A program made the translations under genes and the position numbers. Shown one piece after another: positions 8,248-18,895 of a stretch of 64,000 nt of DNA. The stretch spans positions 22,763 to 86,762 of IMG/VR virus record IMGVR_UViG_3300033066_001904. One strand, written 5' to 3'. The first letter of the stretch is position 1. Each line of letters opens with the position of its first letter. The stretch is from a virus (Duplodnaviria; Caudoviricetes). The notes under the pieces were generated by a model, which saw only the letters and a program-made list of their open reading frames with translations, did not search any database and was not told the DNA's origin.

Positions 8248-9639
8248 TTACTTTAAAAATTTATTTTTTAAATATTCTCTATCTTCCTCGTTAATATTTG
8301 AATATGGGCTTACGGGAGCAGACATAGATTCGTCTTCATCATCATCCAATGGTTTGGCATAAATTTCAATATGTCCATTAGAAGTATCAATTTTAGACGC
8401 AAATGTCAAACCATCGGGTCCATATCTATTTCCCATTATGTGCCATCTTCCTGTTCCATTTATTCTATCTTTTCTTCCTCTAGCTAAGGATATCAATATA
8501 TCTGCAATCATAATTTTATCATATGAACCTGCAGCATGGCTACTTTCTAATATATTTTCTTTAGCTCCTGTTCTATTTGCCTGAGATGGCGAAATAATAG
8601 GTATTTCTAATTGTTTAGCTAATCTTTTAGCATGTACGTATACATCATCAATTTCTGATTTTCTATCAACTCTAGATCTGGTTTTTACATAATCTAAATA
8701 ATCAATAATAATTAAATCAGGTTTAAATTCATTTTGATGTTCAAGTTGTTGAAGATGACTTTCAATAGTATCAAAAGTAGCTGTTCGAGGAGGATATTCT
8801 TTAATAATAATTTTTCCTTTAATATTAGATACAACACTTTCAACTTTTTCTCTGTTTTCATCTAATTTATCAACAGGAATACCTGTAAAAATGGCATCAT
8901 ATCTTTTACCTACGTACCCAGCCCCTAATTCTAGGGAATAGTGCAATACATTATACCCCAACGTTGCAGCATATGCACCCATAGCAGCTACAGCCCATGA
9001 TTTACCTCCTTTAGGATTTCCAAATATTAAAACTAAATCTCCACTTCCATATCCACCTTGCGTTAAGGAATTAAAGACAGGCCATGGAAATGGTACTGCT
9101 TTTCTATCATCTTCTCTGTATCTAGATTCTATATCTTTATCATACTCATGTCCTATATTTTTTTCTTCACCCGCTTTTAAAGCGTTATTCATTAATTGCT
9201 TAATTCCATCGTAATCTCCTATTTCTAGTAAAGAAACAGAATTACTAATAGCTTTTTTAATTTGTTGATTTCTACAAAAGTTAGCAAATTCTCCCTCTAC
9301 CCACTTTAAATCACTAGCTTCTACTAGTGAATATGCCTCTCTTAAACATTCTGTTATAGAAAGTCTAAGAACTTCATTTTCAATTTTTTTAGTTTCAATT
9401 GAAAGTGTTTCAATAGTAGGATTTGTGTGCCATTTATTAAAATATGTTATTATATAATCTATTATCCATTTATGAGCCGAATTTTCGAAATATTCTGCGT
9501 CTAGTGAATCGAATATATTTAGTAAAAAAAGGCGCTGTGTTAAAAGAGCGCCTATTACTTTTATTTGAAATAAGTTGCCATATTTGGCAAGATTGTGTAA
9601 AGTTGTGATAAGTACCTCCTTTTCTACAAATATTTCCAT
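8248..9639 (-). CDS. replicative DnaB/gp41-like helicase
   Basis: Walker A GNPKGGKS, LHYSLE, LIIIDYLD, SPSQANR, MGNRYG. Confidence 0.9.
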   Translation of the reverse strand: MEIFVEKEVLITTLHNLAKYGNLFQIKVIGALLTQRLFLLNIFDSLDAEYFENSAHKWIIDYIITYFNKWHTNPTIETLSIETKKIENEVLRLSITECLREAYSLVEASDLKWVEGEFANFCRNQQIKKAISNSVSLLEIGDYDGIKQLMNNALKAGEEKNIGHEYDKDIESRYREDDRKAVPFPWPVFNSLTQGGYGSGDLVLIFGNPKGGKSWAVAAMGAYAATLGYNVLHYSLELGAGYVGKRYDAIFTGIPVDKLDENREKVESVVSNIKGKIIIKEYPPRTATFDTIESHLQQLEHQNEFKPDLIIIDYLDYVKTRSRVDRKSEIDDVYVHAKRLAKQLEIPIISPSQANRTGAKENILESSHAAGSYDKIMIADILISLARGRKDRINGTGRWHIMGNRYGPDGLTFASKIDTSNGHIEIYAKPLDDDEDESMSAPVSPYSNINEEDREYLKNKFLK

Positions 9640-10316
9640 ATATATCCACCAGATGTTTTTATAGAACCAACTAAAGCATCTTTAATCCCTTTTATACCAG
9701 TTAAATTTCTAGCTTCAGTAATAGAATTATAAATTTTAATTTGATTATTATTTTTATCTAGTTGAATTATAGGTTTAGATTTTGCTAAAATACAATTTTT
9801 TCTATTGTTTTTAATAGCTAAAATCCATATATCTGTTTTTTTTATTTTTTTAAGTTTATTTGAAATTTTTTTCTTATGTTCTTCTGTTAATTTTATACCT
9901 TTTTTAGCTTCAGATATTTTTTCTTTCCATTCATTAGTATACATTTTATGTCCTTTTCTAGAATTAGACATTTTTTGTTTTATTTCTTTAGAAAGTTTAG
10001 TTCCTTTTTTAGCTTTAGATATTTTTTCTTTTGTTGTATTAGATAAACCAGAATTACCAAAAGGTTTATTAGTTAAATTATAAAAATTTTCATTATTAGC
10101 AGCATCGTAATATTTTAACCAATATTCTTCTTGTTTTATTAAATCTTGTTGATTTTTACATTCCTCTAATATTTCTTTTTTAAAATTTTCGCGACCATAT
10201 TCTTTAATAGCTTTTTTAAGTAAAGTACCACTTCCTAAGTAGTTAGGATTATTATTTGAATCTTTACCTATGTATTTCTTTCCGTTTATTAAATTTTTTG
10301 TAACATATATTATCAT
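9624..10316 (-). CDS. GIY-YIG homing endonuclease with NUMOD3 repeats and NUMOD1 domain
   Basis: MIIY...KKYIG, YLGSG, repeated TKEKISKAKKG, C-terminal YNSITEA...GGYIWKY. Confidence 0.9.
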   Translation of the reverse strand: MIIYVTKNLINGKKYIGKDSNNNPNYLGSGTLLKKAIKEYGRENFKKEILEECKNQQDLIKQEEYWLKYYDAANNENFYNLTNKPFGNSGLSNTTKEKISKAKKGTKLSKEIKQKMSNSRKGHKMYTNEWKEKISEAKKGIKLTEEHKKKISNKLKKIKKTDIWILAIKNNRKNCILAKSKPIIQLDKNNNQIKIYNSITEARNLTGIKGIKDALVGSIKTSGGYIWKYL

Positions 10317-10346
10317 GATAATAAATATATGACAATACTAAAAAAA

Positions 10347-11387
10347 TTAGCTACTATGCTCGTAATCTTTATTAATTATCTCTAATGTATTAAATACAGT
10401 ATATATCCAATTATCAACATGAGGGATAGAATCCCCTAATAAATCGGAATTGTACATAGTATTAAATGCTGACTTGTTTAGTCCATTAGATTCTTGTATA
10501 TTGTTTTTTATAATTTGTAAATTTTCTAATGAAATTGAAGTTTCCTTTAAATTCATTAATCTATTATTAATTTGAAGCTGATTTGATAACTCATTAATTT
10601 TTGCAAATAAATCATTATCTTTTTCTTTACTTGATTTCTCAAGTATTTCATGTAAATGAAATTTAGCTTCATTTTTTAGTTCAGGAAACATTTTTAATAA
10701 TTTTTTATCACCTAAACCTTTTATACCGGGAATATTATCTGATTTATCTCCTAAAAGAACTTTATACGCAATAAAATTATTAGGATGAACATTATATTCA
10801 TCTATAACATCATTTTGTTTATAAACTTTCTTTTTACTAGGAGAATATATTTGAGTTTTTTCTGATACTAATTGCAAAAAATCTTTATCAGCTGACATTA
10901 CAGTAATATTATTAGTATTAATGTTATCCTCATAAGTTCCTACTATGTTTCCTATTATATCATCTGCTTCTAAACCATCTATACAAATAATAGACAGTGG
11001 TAAGCATTTTAAATAGTGAATTAAACGTACTATTTGACTATGTATCGCTTCATTCTCTTCTTCCTTTGTTTTAAAGGAATCATAGTTAGTAATTCGATTA
11101 GCATATCTATTTGATTTATAAGCAGGAAATAAATTTCGTTTAGAAGATGAACCTCCAACTCCATCAAATACGATTATAACCTTTGTAGGATCTAATATTT
11201 TAATAGCATAACCTATAGATTTTAAAAATCCTACTAGACCACCTATATGGTGGCCGTTCGGATTTATCATGTTAATAACTGAGAAACATCTCAGAAATGT
11301 ATTTAAGCCATCTATTATGAGAATATTATTATCTATATGCTGTTTTTCACTTGTAATTTTTTCAAAAATGTTTTTATATTTGTTCAT
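10347..11387 (-). CDS. 5'-3' exonuclease / RNase H (FEN-like)
   Basis: IIDGLN, IIVFDG, YKSNR, EADDII, DKDFLQL, GDKSDNIPGIKGLG. Confidence 0.92.
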   Translation of the reverse strand: MNKYKNIFEKITSEKQHIDNNILIIDGLNTFLRCFSVINMINPNGHHIGGLVGFLKSIGYAIKILDPTKVIIVFDGVGGSSSKRNLFPAYKSNRYANRITNYDSFKTKEEENEAIHSQIVRLIHYLKCLPLSIICIDGLEADDIIGNIVGTYEDNINTNNITVMSADKDFLQLVSEKTQIYSPSKKKVYKQNDVIDEYNVHPNNFIAYKVLLGDKSDNIPGIKGLGDKKLLKMFPELKNEAKFHLHEILEKSSKEKDNDLFAKINELSNQLQINNRLMNLKETSISLENLQIIKNNIQESNGLNKSAFNTMYNSDLLGDSIPHVDNWIYTVFNTLEIINKDYEHSS

Positions 11388-12471
11388 CCTCTATAGTTAT
11401 AGCTTCAATACTTTTATAATTTTCATCCCATTCTGATTTATCTTCAGTTATTTCAAAATCAGAAGATCCTAATACTGCTAACCATTCATTTTTATGTTCT
11501 TGTTTATATTGCTTAACTGATTTGTCGTCATCTTCAATAAAACCATGAACAGTCATAATTACTGATCCTTTAGTTTGGATACCGTTAATGTGGTTCTTAT
11601 CACATGCTACTTTAGTTCGTTTAGCAAATTCTACATCCTTACCATCTTTGGTTGCTTTTAATTTAGATGTTCCACTATTAGTGACATTACCAAATGTTAT
11701 TACAAGAGAAGCATCATAAAACATAGCATTACCACCTTTGTTGGTCATTTTAGGTTGAGCATATTGGTTTTCTGCAGGTTGAACTCCAGTTTTATTTACA
11801 CAAATAAGAGTATTAGTGTATTTGGAAGTTTCTTTTCTTGATAATGTAAATTTTTGATTAATAAAATTACCAAATTGATTAGCCATTGCTCCTGCATTCC
11901 ACATAGGGTTATTATTATTATTATCTACTGACATTCTACAAGGTATTGAACCTATTGAATCCCACATAAACAATAAATCATAAGGTAATTTACCTAACAT
12001 TTGTTCATTTAATAAATCAGCTATAAATGCTGACACATCTTCGATGGTTAAGAGCGATGATCTATCTACATATAGAAAAAATCCTTCATAATCTATGATC
12101 TTACCAGTTTCATCCTTAATCTCATTAATTTCGAATCCCATTTGCTTAGCATGTTCCCACGACCATTTCATTTCCGTTATTATGAATATAGGTAATATTC
12201 CCATTTTTTGAGCAGAAATAGCTGTTTCTAGCAATAAAGTTGTTTTACCTGTATCAGACTGACCTCTAAGAAGAGTTATGTGTCCCATAGGAGCACCTGG
12301 TAATGATACTATATTTTGGAATGCTTTTGAGAAAGGGATAAATTTTTCATCCTTAAATTTAACTGATTTATCAAGATATTTTGATTTTTTAAATGATTTT
12401 AAATCAAAACCACCTGATCCATTTAGGCTAGTTGAAATAGCTTCAGTTAATGATTTTGTTGTTCTAGCCAT
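11374..12471 (-). CDS. RecA/UvsX-like recombinase
   Basis: GQSDTGKTT P-loop, FMWDSIGS, KGGNAMFY. Confidence 0.85.
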   Translation of the reverse strand: MARTTKSLTEAISTSLNGSGGFDLKSFKKSKYLDKSVKFKDEKFIPFSKAFQNIVSLPGAPMGHITLLRGQSDTGKTTLLLETAISAQKMGILPIFIITEMKWSWEHAKQMGFEINEIKDETGKIIDYEGFFLYVDRSSLLTIEDVSAFIADLLNEQMLGKLPYDLLFMWDSIGSIPCRMSVDNNNNNPMWNAGAMANQFGNFINQKFTLSRKETSKYTNTLICVNKTGVQPAENQYAQPKMTNKGGNAMFYDASLVITFGNVTNSGTSKLKATKDGKDVEFAKRTKVACDKNHINGIQTKGSVIMTVHGFIEDDDKSVKQYKQEHKNEWLAVLGSSDFEITEDKSEWDENYKSIEAITIEDEQI

Positions 12472-12474
12472 ATT

Positions 12475-13281
12475 TTATTTTTTAGATGTTTCAAACATTT
12501 TGTCAAATTCATCAGTTACTGATTTTTTACTTTTTTCATACGCTGTTAGAGGAGGAGTATCAAATTCTGTAACAGGACCAGAAATAATTGATCCTTCTTC
12601 TGCTTTTGGTTCAGGATTTAAAAAGTTTTGTAAAACTTCTTTTAGATCATCAAATTTATATCTTCTATTTATTGCTAAGATATCTGTTTGATTATTAAGT
12701 AAAGACTCGATTTGAGAAGCATCTGTTGATATAGGTGATACTTTAGGTTTAATAGTTAAACTGATTTTATTAACAGATTTACCTGCAACAACATCTTTTA
12801 CTACAGTTGCTGTAAAATCTCTACCTTCATTAAGGTCAGTGTAATCTCCATAATCTTCATTATCGGCTAATTCTAGTAATTGTTGATAAATAATTTTACC
12901 AAATTCCCATAATTTAGCCCCTTCATTTTCTTGTCCTCTTACAACAACATTTGCAAAATATCTAGTTTTAGGTTCCAATTTAGAAGCTAAACCCCAATCT
13001 TCTTTATCTGAAGATTTACGTAATTCTTTACAAAATTCAACAATGGGATCTTTTTCTCCCCAATTAGTTAATGCCATAATAGGACCTTTAGCATAACCAT
13101 AGTGCATTTTAATTTCTCTAAAGGGATCTTTAGAATTTAATTTTGATGGAAGTATTCTTATTTGATACTTTCCGGGTACTGGTTTCCAAAATATTTTGGA
13201 AAAGTCAATTTTTTCGTACTTTTGATTTTGGCCTTTATTTTGAGCTTTAGCCAATTTCTCTTTCATTAATGTAATGTCCAT
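12475..13281 (-). CDS. gp32-like single-stranded DNA-binding protein
   Basis: FWKP...IRILP, LWEFG, DYTDLNEGRDF, acidic tail DEFDKMF. Confidence 0.8.
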   Translation of the reverse strand: MDITLMKEKLAKAQNKGQNQKYEKIDFSKIFWKPVPGKYQIRILPSKLNSKDPFREIKMHYGYAKGPIMALTNWGEKDPIVEFCKELRKSSDKEDWGLASKLEPKTRYFANVVVRGQENEGAKLWEFGKIIYQQLLELADNEDYGDYTDLNEGRDFTATVVKDVVAGKSVNKISLTIKPKVSPISTDASQIESLLNNQTDILAINRRYKFDDLKEVLQNFLNPEPKAEEGSIISGPVTEFDTPPLTAYEKSKKSVTDEFDKMFETSKK

Positions 13282-13307
13282 AACAAATTTTATTTAAAAT
13301 TTAGAAT

Positions 13308-13330
13308 TAAAGATAATAAAAATCTTTGAT
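13308..13330 (-). promoter_or_regulatory. putative host-RNAP promoter upstream of the SSB-RecA-exonuclease block
   Basis: Minus strand ATCAAAG-N8-TATCTTTA. Confidence 0.5.
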
Positions 13331-13346
13331 AAAACCAAAAATATTT

Positions 13347-13760
13347 TTAAAGGTTTACTATTTTATGTATAGTAGTGTCTAATTTTCTCACATCGGAACC
13401 ATTAGTTAGCAGAATACAATTTTTATAATTTTCCCAATTAATTTTATAATTGACATTAAGTACTCCTTCGTTTAAAGACTTTATTAAATTATTTAATGCA
13501 TTTATTGTATAGAGGGTATTATAATCTTTTTTACGATGTAATAAAATAGTATTATCTAATAAATTAGATACGTTACCTGTATCTATGTTGTAGGTGCAAA
13601 TATATTCATCACTTTGAGGTGAATTTAGGATAAATATTTTATTATAAAGTACTGTATATCTTTTATTTATAGTGTCTAGTGTTTGTTCTAAATTTTCTTT
13701 TTTGGAAAATGTACAAAATAATTTATTCAATTCTGATTTTTCATTTAAGTATTCATTCAT
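13347..13760 (-). CDS. hypothetical protein
   Basis: 137-aa ORF in the replication block. Confidence 0.7.
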   Translation of the reverse strand: MNEYLNEKSELNKLFCTFSKKENLEQTLDTINKRYTVLYNKIFILNSPQSDEYICTYNIDTGNVSNLLDNTILLHRKKDYNTLYTINALNNLIKSLNEGVLNVNYKINWENYKNCILLTNGSDVRKLDTTIHKIVNL

Positions 13761-13766
13761 ACATAT

Positions 13767-15035
13767 TTATATTTTTGTTAATTCATGATAATTTTTACCA
13801 TGCTTTATACTTACTGGGAAGCCCAATATTTTTACTATATTATTATATACTTCAGGTTCATCATTACTAAAATCAAATAAAAATGAATCATAAGTATAAA
13901 GTATAAGTTTTGTTTTTTTATTTTTTAATATTTCTAATATTTGTAGAATTATTTCTACATTTCTCTTTGTTTCTAAAGCCTGGATATAGTAGTTAAAATG
14001 TTTATATTTATTTTTTATGTTTAAAATTCGTAAAGGAGTTTCTTTGGGGAGAGAATGATTTACAAATTCATTAATATCATTAAAAAATGGAATATGTAAA
14101 TATTCCTTTCTAACCCCACCATAAATTTGTTGAAATACAAGTTCTTTTGCTTCTGATGGTGAATTATGCATTTCATGTGCTAAAACTTCATATACATTGT
14201 TCTTTTGAAAATAATCTTTACCTAAAAGGTGTTCAATTAATCTGGGATGATATGCATTGTAATCAATTTCTAGAAGAACATCATTTTCTGCTTTAAATGT
14301 TGCTCTTTCTCCATTTACTTTATTGAGTGCAGCAAAATTAATATTATTAAATGTATTTGACGGACGACCTGTTAACGTGTATAAGTTATACTGGGAGTAT
14401 ATTTTTCCATTTTTGATAGAAAATTTAGATTCACTTAATACAGAAGCAAAATAATGAATATAATTATTTTTATCAATAGAAATACCTTCTTGTTCAATCC
14501 TAAAGAATGCTGTAGTGAGTTCATTATTATTGAAGGAATAAATATTATCGTCATCGCGGTATGCTTTTATTGTGTCTTGTACCGCTATAAATATTTGTTC
14601 ACAATGTTCATAGTGCTTACTTATAGGAATTATTTTATTAATATTTAAATTATATTTAAATTTACTATAATAAATCTCAATGCACTTATTATACTCAGGT
14701 AATGTTTGTAAAAATGATATAAAATTTATGTCAAATAATTTGTCATACCACTCAATATAATGTAACGTCTCTTTTTTATCTACTGTAAATAATTTGTCTG
14801 TTTCTGTCCTCAGAAATGAGAATACCTTATCTAAGGGTAATCCTAAAGACTCATTATGGTCAATACATAAAATATAACCTTTATGAAAGTTTACTGGATG
14901 TAAATAAATTAAACTAATGTTTGTTTTTTGGATACATGGGTGACTGTAGTCATTACCTGGAATTACCTTTATAAAACAATTTCCTAAATCTCGTAGCCGT
15001 TCTAACTGCTCTACCTTCTCAACTACATAAAACAT
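13767..15035 (-). CDS. short, divergent family A DNA polymerase-like protein
   Basis: TLTGRPS, motif A LEIDYNAYHPR, motif B AKELVFQQIYGG, motif C YTYDSFLFD. Confidence 0.75.
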   Translation of the reverse strand: MFYVVEKVEQLERLRDLGNCFIKVIPGNDYSHPCIQKTNISLIYLHPVNFHKGYILCIDHNESLGLPLDKVFSFLRTETDKLFTVDKKETLHYIEWYDKLFDINFISFLQTLPEYNKCIEIYYSKFKYNLNINKIIPISKHYEHCEQIFIAVQDTIKAYRDDDNIYSFNNNELTTAFFRIEQEGISIDKNNYIHYFASVLSESKFSIKNGKIYSQYNLYTLTGRPSNTFNNINFAALNKVNGERATFKAENDVLLEIDYNAYHPRLIEHLLGKDYFQKNNVYEVLAHEMHNSPSEAKELVFQQIYGGVRKEYLHIPFFNDINEFVNHSLPKETPLRILNIKNKYKHFNYYIQALETKRNVEIILQILEILKNKKTKLILYTYDSFLFDFSNDEPEVYNNIVKILGFPVSIKHGKNYHELTKI

Positions 15036-15074
15036 AACTATTTTTTCTTTTTGTTTAAAAATAATGACTTTTAC

Positions 15075-15590
15075 TTAGACTTCCAAGAAAGTCTTTAAAC
15101 CAACCATTTTTTTATCGGCCATTTCTAATTCATTTTGATCAAAATGTCCTGATTCGGTGTCATTTTTTAAAAGGTAAAATTTTAACGAAATAGTTTGCCA
15201 TTCATTATCATTTTGTAATGAGTCGAAATCATTTCTTGATATTTCTTTTATTAAATATGGAATAGTATTGTTCTTTTTAGCAAAAAATCGAGTAGATATC
15301 AAAGTATCTGCTTCTTGTTGCGTTGGTTTCCAAATCACTGAACTAAAGTTTTTGGTTGAAGGTAAATTCTTTAATTTGGAATAAGCGAAAGTAAAAGCCT
15401 GTGAAAGAAATGAATTAGATTCTGTTATTTTTTGCAATTCAGGTGCATTTTGATCAAAGGTTTTACCTGCAAACGATTTTCCATTAATAGAATAATAATT
15501 ACCTTGATATTCTTTTTGAGTATCCTTTAAAATATATTCTTTACCAGAAGTATATTTATTTTGAGTTATTATATTTTTAGGTAATTTCAT
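15075..15590 (-). CDS. hypothetical protein, possibly baseplate-associated
   Basis: 171-aa ORF coupled to the hub gene. Confidence 0.65.
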   Translation of the reverse strand: MKLPKNIITQNKYTSGKEYILKDTQKEYQGNYYSINGKSFAGKTFDQNAPELQKITESNSFLSQAFTFAYSKLKNLPSTKNFSSVIWKPTQQEADTLISTRFFAKKNNTIPYLIKEISRNDFDSLQNDNEWQTISLKFYLLKNDTESGHFDQNELEMADKKMVGLKTFLEV

Positions 15591-15592
15591 TA

Positions 15593-18500
15593 TTAATTTA
15601 TAATACCTCTATCTTTCATACGTTTTAAAATAGCAGCTGCTCCTGGTTGTTGGCTAACAGCTTCAAAACTGAATACTTTATCTTTTACAAATTTACCAGC
15701 TTTATATTGATTTGTGTATGACCATAAATACGGAGAATTTACACCATATTGTCTATATCCTAAGCCATTATATTTTTCTAAAGCATACAATTGTTGATAG
15801 ATTGTACTAAAATCTGTTTTATCAAATTCGGCATCTTTTAAGGCTTGTACAGCGCTTTGCTCAAAAGTATAAGGAGGATTTATACCTACTAATTTTCCTG
15901 AAGGATATCTAATTGTTTTAAATTGTAAAGAATCTCCATTATATAAATGCTTACTGAAGTCTAAACTACATTCATTTTGATGTATAATAGCTACAATATA
16001 CCATGGTGTATTTACTTGTGAACCAATGTTTGTGTATCTATTCTTATTAGCAACCATTTGATTAATCAAAGTATCTAATTCTCCATACTTATCACTATTA
16101 ACAGTAGCTGAGTCCCACAATTGTTTAATATTTCCCACACTTGGTTGGCTATTAATATCACTTATATTTTTAGTTTTAAGAGTATTATTTTCAACAACTA
16201 CCAAATCTTCAAATTTTATAAATTGTCCTGAAGGATTATCTAATATGATTGTCTGAGCATCTATGCTAGTTGTCCAATCTTCATTAGCTACCTTCCCCCC
16301 AATTCCTGTAATTATGTATCCTATTCTCGATCCTACTTCACCGCCTTTATAACCTTTAGGTAGAATATCTGATGGAATTTTAAAAACATGTCCTATTACT
16401 AACCCACCAATACCATCCATTTCTAAAGATAATTTAGTAGGAATTATTGCTCTGTTCTTTATATCTGATTTAGTAATATTTTTAAAAAATACAATAATAT
16501 CTTTTAGAGCATTTTTATACTCAGAAGATTTATTTATATCATATTTAGCAGATGCTACATATCCTTGTTCTAGATTTCCAAAATATTCATATAATGAACT
16601 TAATTTAGTTTCTAAGTTATTAAGTTTGTTTTTAATTTCTTCTATTGTAGTTTTAGTATCTTTAGATGTGTTTAAAGGAGCATCTTTTTTAGGAATAATT
16701 CTATCTACAATTTTTTTATTAAAATCTACTAAAGTACTACTATCAACACCTAAAGCACCGCCACCAGTTTGAGCTCCAATAGCTACGATTGTTGCTTGTT
16801 CTTGGAATATTTGTGATTCTAATTTATAATTTCTTACAGTTGAACGTAAATTATGTACTTGTAATTCAAATGCTTTTTTATATATTTCATCTCTAGATAA
16901 ATTATCAACATAATTAATATCTATTATTCTTACCATACCATCTATGTGATCAACATGAATATCAAAATTACTCACATTACCAATTGCTTGAGAAACTTCA
17001 GACATGGTGTTTTTTAGATAATCATATAAAGATATTTCATTTTTTTCTTTTTTATCTTGAGAAGAAAGATTAATATTTAATGAAAGATTATATAAAAAAT
17101 CAACGTTTAAAAATATATTACCAATTATTCCTAATTCTTTATACGGATTATTGTCAACAAAATAAGGGAATTCTTTTAAAACATTTAAAAATTGAAGATT
17201 TTTATAAGCATCACTTTGTTTGTCATTAAAAGATTTTTTAGCATCATTTAAAGCTTTAGTTTCTTCTTGAATGGGGTTATTAACAGTAGCAACATAATTG
17301 AAATTTATTGTTCCTAAAGTTCCACGAACATCACCCACCGCTTCAATTATTTGACCTGTAGATAATCTATAAGCTAAAAAGTCTTTAAGAGAAGCATTTT
17401 GACCAATAACATCAGTTAGTTTTTTTCCACCAACAACAACTTCTAAATTATTTTTTTGTTGTTGAAATTGTTTATGAAATTCTTTAATTTCATTTGTATT
17501 TTGTCTAGTTTGAATTTTTATCTTAGTGATAATTTCTTGTTTATATGAATCTTTAAATGTAGTTATATAAAATTTATATAAAATATCATTAATTAAACTA
17601 GTATAATCTGTATTTGAAAATTGAATTAAATTATCCAAATTAGTATCGTCTACTGTAGATGTGGATACTTTAAATCCTTTCTGCCAAATAGGACTTGAAA
17701 TCAAACAAACAGATGGATCTGTAGATATTTGTAAAGGATGGGCTAAACATAATAAACTTTTATCATCTTGATTTACTTTATCATATTTTCTTTCTTTATC
17801 AGATAATGAAACAAAAGGAGAATTTCCTTTAACATCTTTTAATAAAACATACTTATTTAAAATTTTTAGAAATGATTCTAAAGTTATGTATACTTGCGTA
17901 TTTTTTGTATTTTTTTGACCTGTTACTTCTAAATTTTTAGCAAAAAAGTGATAGTAATCACCCCCATCATTTATAGTATATAATTGTTCTTTTCCTTTAG
18001 TACTACTATATACAATTTCTTTTAACTCATAACATATTCCTGCTAAAATATTTTTATTATATTCTGTAACTAAGTCTTGAGAATTTAAATTTATTTGAGA
18101 TAATCTACTAGCTAATATACCATTAGTTCCTATTGATGTGTTTAAATCAAAAGGAGCATAGTTAACTTTAAGAGATTCTATTACTTCCCCTAAAGAAATT
18201 ATATGAGTTTGACAATCATAACCACCATCTGGACGAGCTGACCAACTATAATTTTTAACATATCCGAAACAAGCATCGTAGTTACCCTTATATTCTTCTG
18301 TTGCTTTTACAAAAATTTCTTTAAATATTTGTTCTTTTGGTTTTTGTTGGTTAATAATATCATAATATTGTATATTAGTTTTATATGAACCATCAGAATC
18401 TAAGTAAGGAGCCCATCCCCATTCTACTAAAACAGTATAACCAGGACGCATATATAATAATTCTAAATCTTCTAATTGTCTAATATCCCACGCTACAAAA

Positions 18501-18895
18501 TTAACTGTTACTTCTCTTAAAGATCCATATGCTGATTTAGATGCAATAGAAATATCTGTAATACCAGGCATTGGTCTAATACCTAAGCGATAAGGTTGTC
18601 CTGAAGGACTCACGTTAGAGTAAACATCGCTTATATTTTTTCTAAGATTTCCGTCTTCTTTTAGTATTCCACCTTGTAAAATATATTTTTTAGCTAAAGC
18701 ACCACCATCATCTTTTACAGGTAATCCATTTTCATCTACTTCCGTAACTATATTAACTGCTGAGGTCATTCTAATCCATGAGTTGCGAGAATTTAGGTAT
18801 TGTAAATTTTGAGGAGTACGATTTACTAATGCATTTTGACGTGCATTTATAGAGGCACTAATTGCCGGAATAAATGTATCCTTAAATATGCTCAT
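15593..18895 (-). CDS. baseplate hub / tail-associated protein with C-terminal lysozyme-like domain
   Basis: N-terminal RPMPGIT...LYMRPGYTVLVEWGW hub-like region; C-terminal IHQNE...LEKYNGLGY...SPYLWS. Confidence 0.7.
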   Translation of the reverse strand: MSIFKDTFIPAISASINARQNALVNRTPQNLQYLNSRNSWIRMTSAVNIVTEVDENGLPVKDDGGALAKKYILQGGILKEDGNLRKNISDVYSNVSPSGQPYRLGIRPMPGITDISIASKSAYGSLREVTVNFVAWDIRQLEDLELLYMRPGYTVLVEWGWAPYLDSDGSYKTNIQYYDIINQQKPKEQIFKEIFVKATEEYKGNYDACFGYVKNYSWSARPDGGYDCQTHIISLGEVIESLKVNYAPFDLNTSIGTNGILASRLSQINLNSQDLVTEYNKNILAGICYELKEIVYSSTKGKEQLYTINDGGDYYHFFAKNLEVTGQKNTKNTQVYITLESFLKILNKYVLLKDVKGNSPFVSLSDKERKYDKVNQDDKSLLCLAHPLQISTDPSVCLISSPIWQKGFKVSTSTVDDTNLDNLIQFSNTDYTSLINDILYKFYITTFKDSYKQEIITKIKIQTRQNTNEIKEFHKQFQQQKNNLEVVVGGKKLTDVIGQNASLKDFLAYRLSTGQIIEAVGDVRGTLGTINFNYVATVNNPIQEETKALNDAKKSFNDKQSDAYKNLQFLNVLKEFPYFVDNNPYKELGIIGNIFLNVDFLYNLSLNINLSSQDKKEKNEISLYDYLKNTMSEVSQAIGNVSNFDIHVDHIDGMVRIIDINYVDNLSRDEIYKKAFELQVHNLRSTVRNYKLESQIFQEQATIVAIGAQTGGGALGVDSSTLVDFNKKIVDRIIPKKDAPLNTSKDTKTTIEEIKNKLNNLETKLSSLYEYFGNLEQGYVASAKYDINKSSEYKNALKDIIVFFKNITKSDIKNRAIIPTKLSLEMDGIGGLVIGHVFKIPSDILPKGYKGGEVGSRIGYIITGIGGKVANEDWTTSIDAQTIILDNPSGQFIKFEDLVVVENNTLKTKNISDINSQPSVGNIKQLWDSATVNSDKYGELDTLINQMVANKNRYTNIGSQVNTPWYIVAIIHQNECSLDFSKHLYNGDSLQFKTIRYPSGKLVGINPPYTFEQSAVQALKDAEFDKTDFSTIYQQLYALEKYNGLGYRQYGVNSPYLWSYTNQYKAGKFVKDKVFSFEAVSQQPGAAAILKRMKDRGIIN

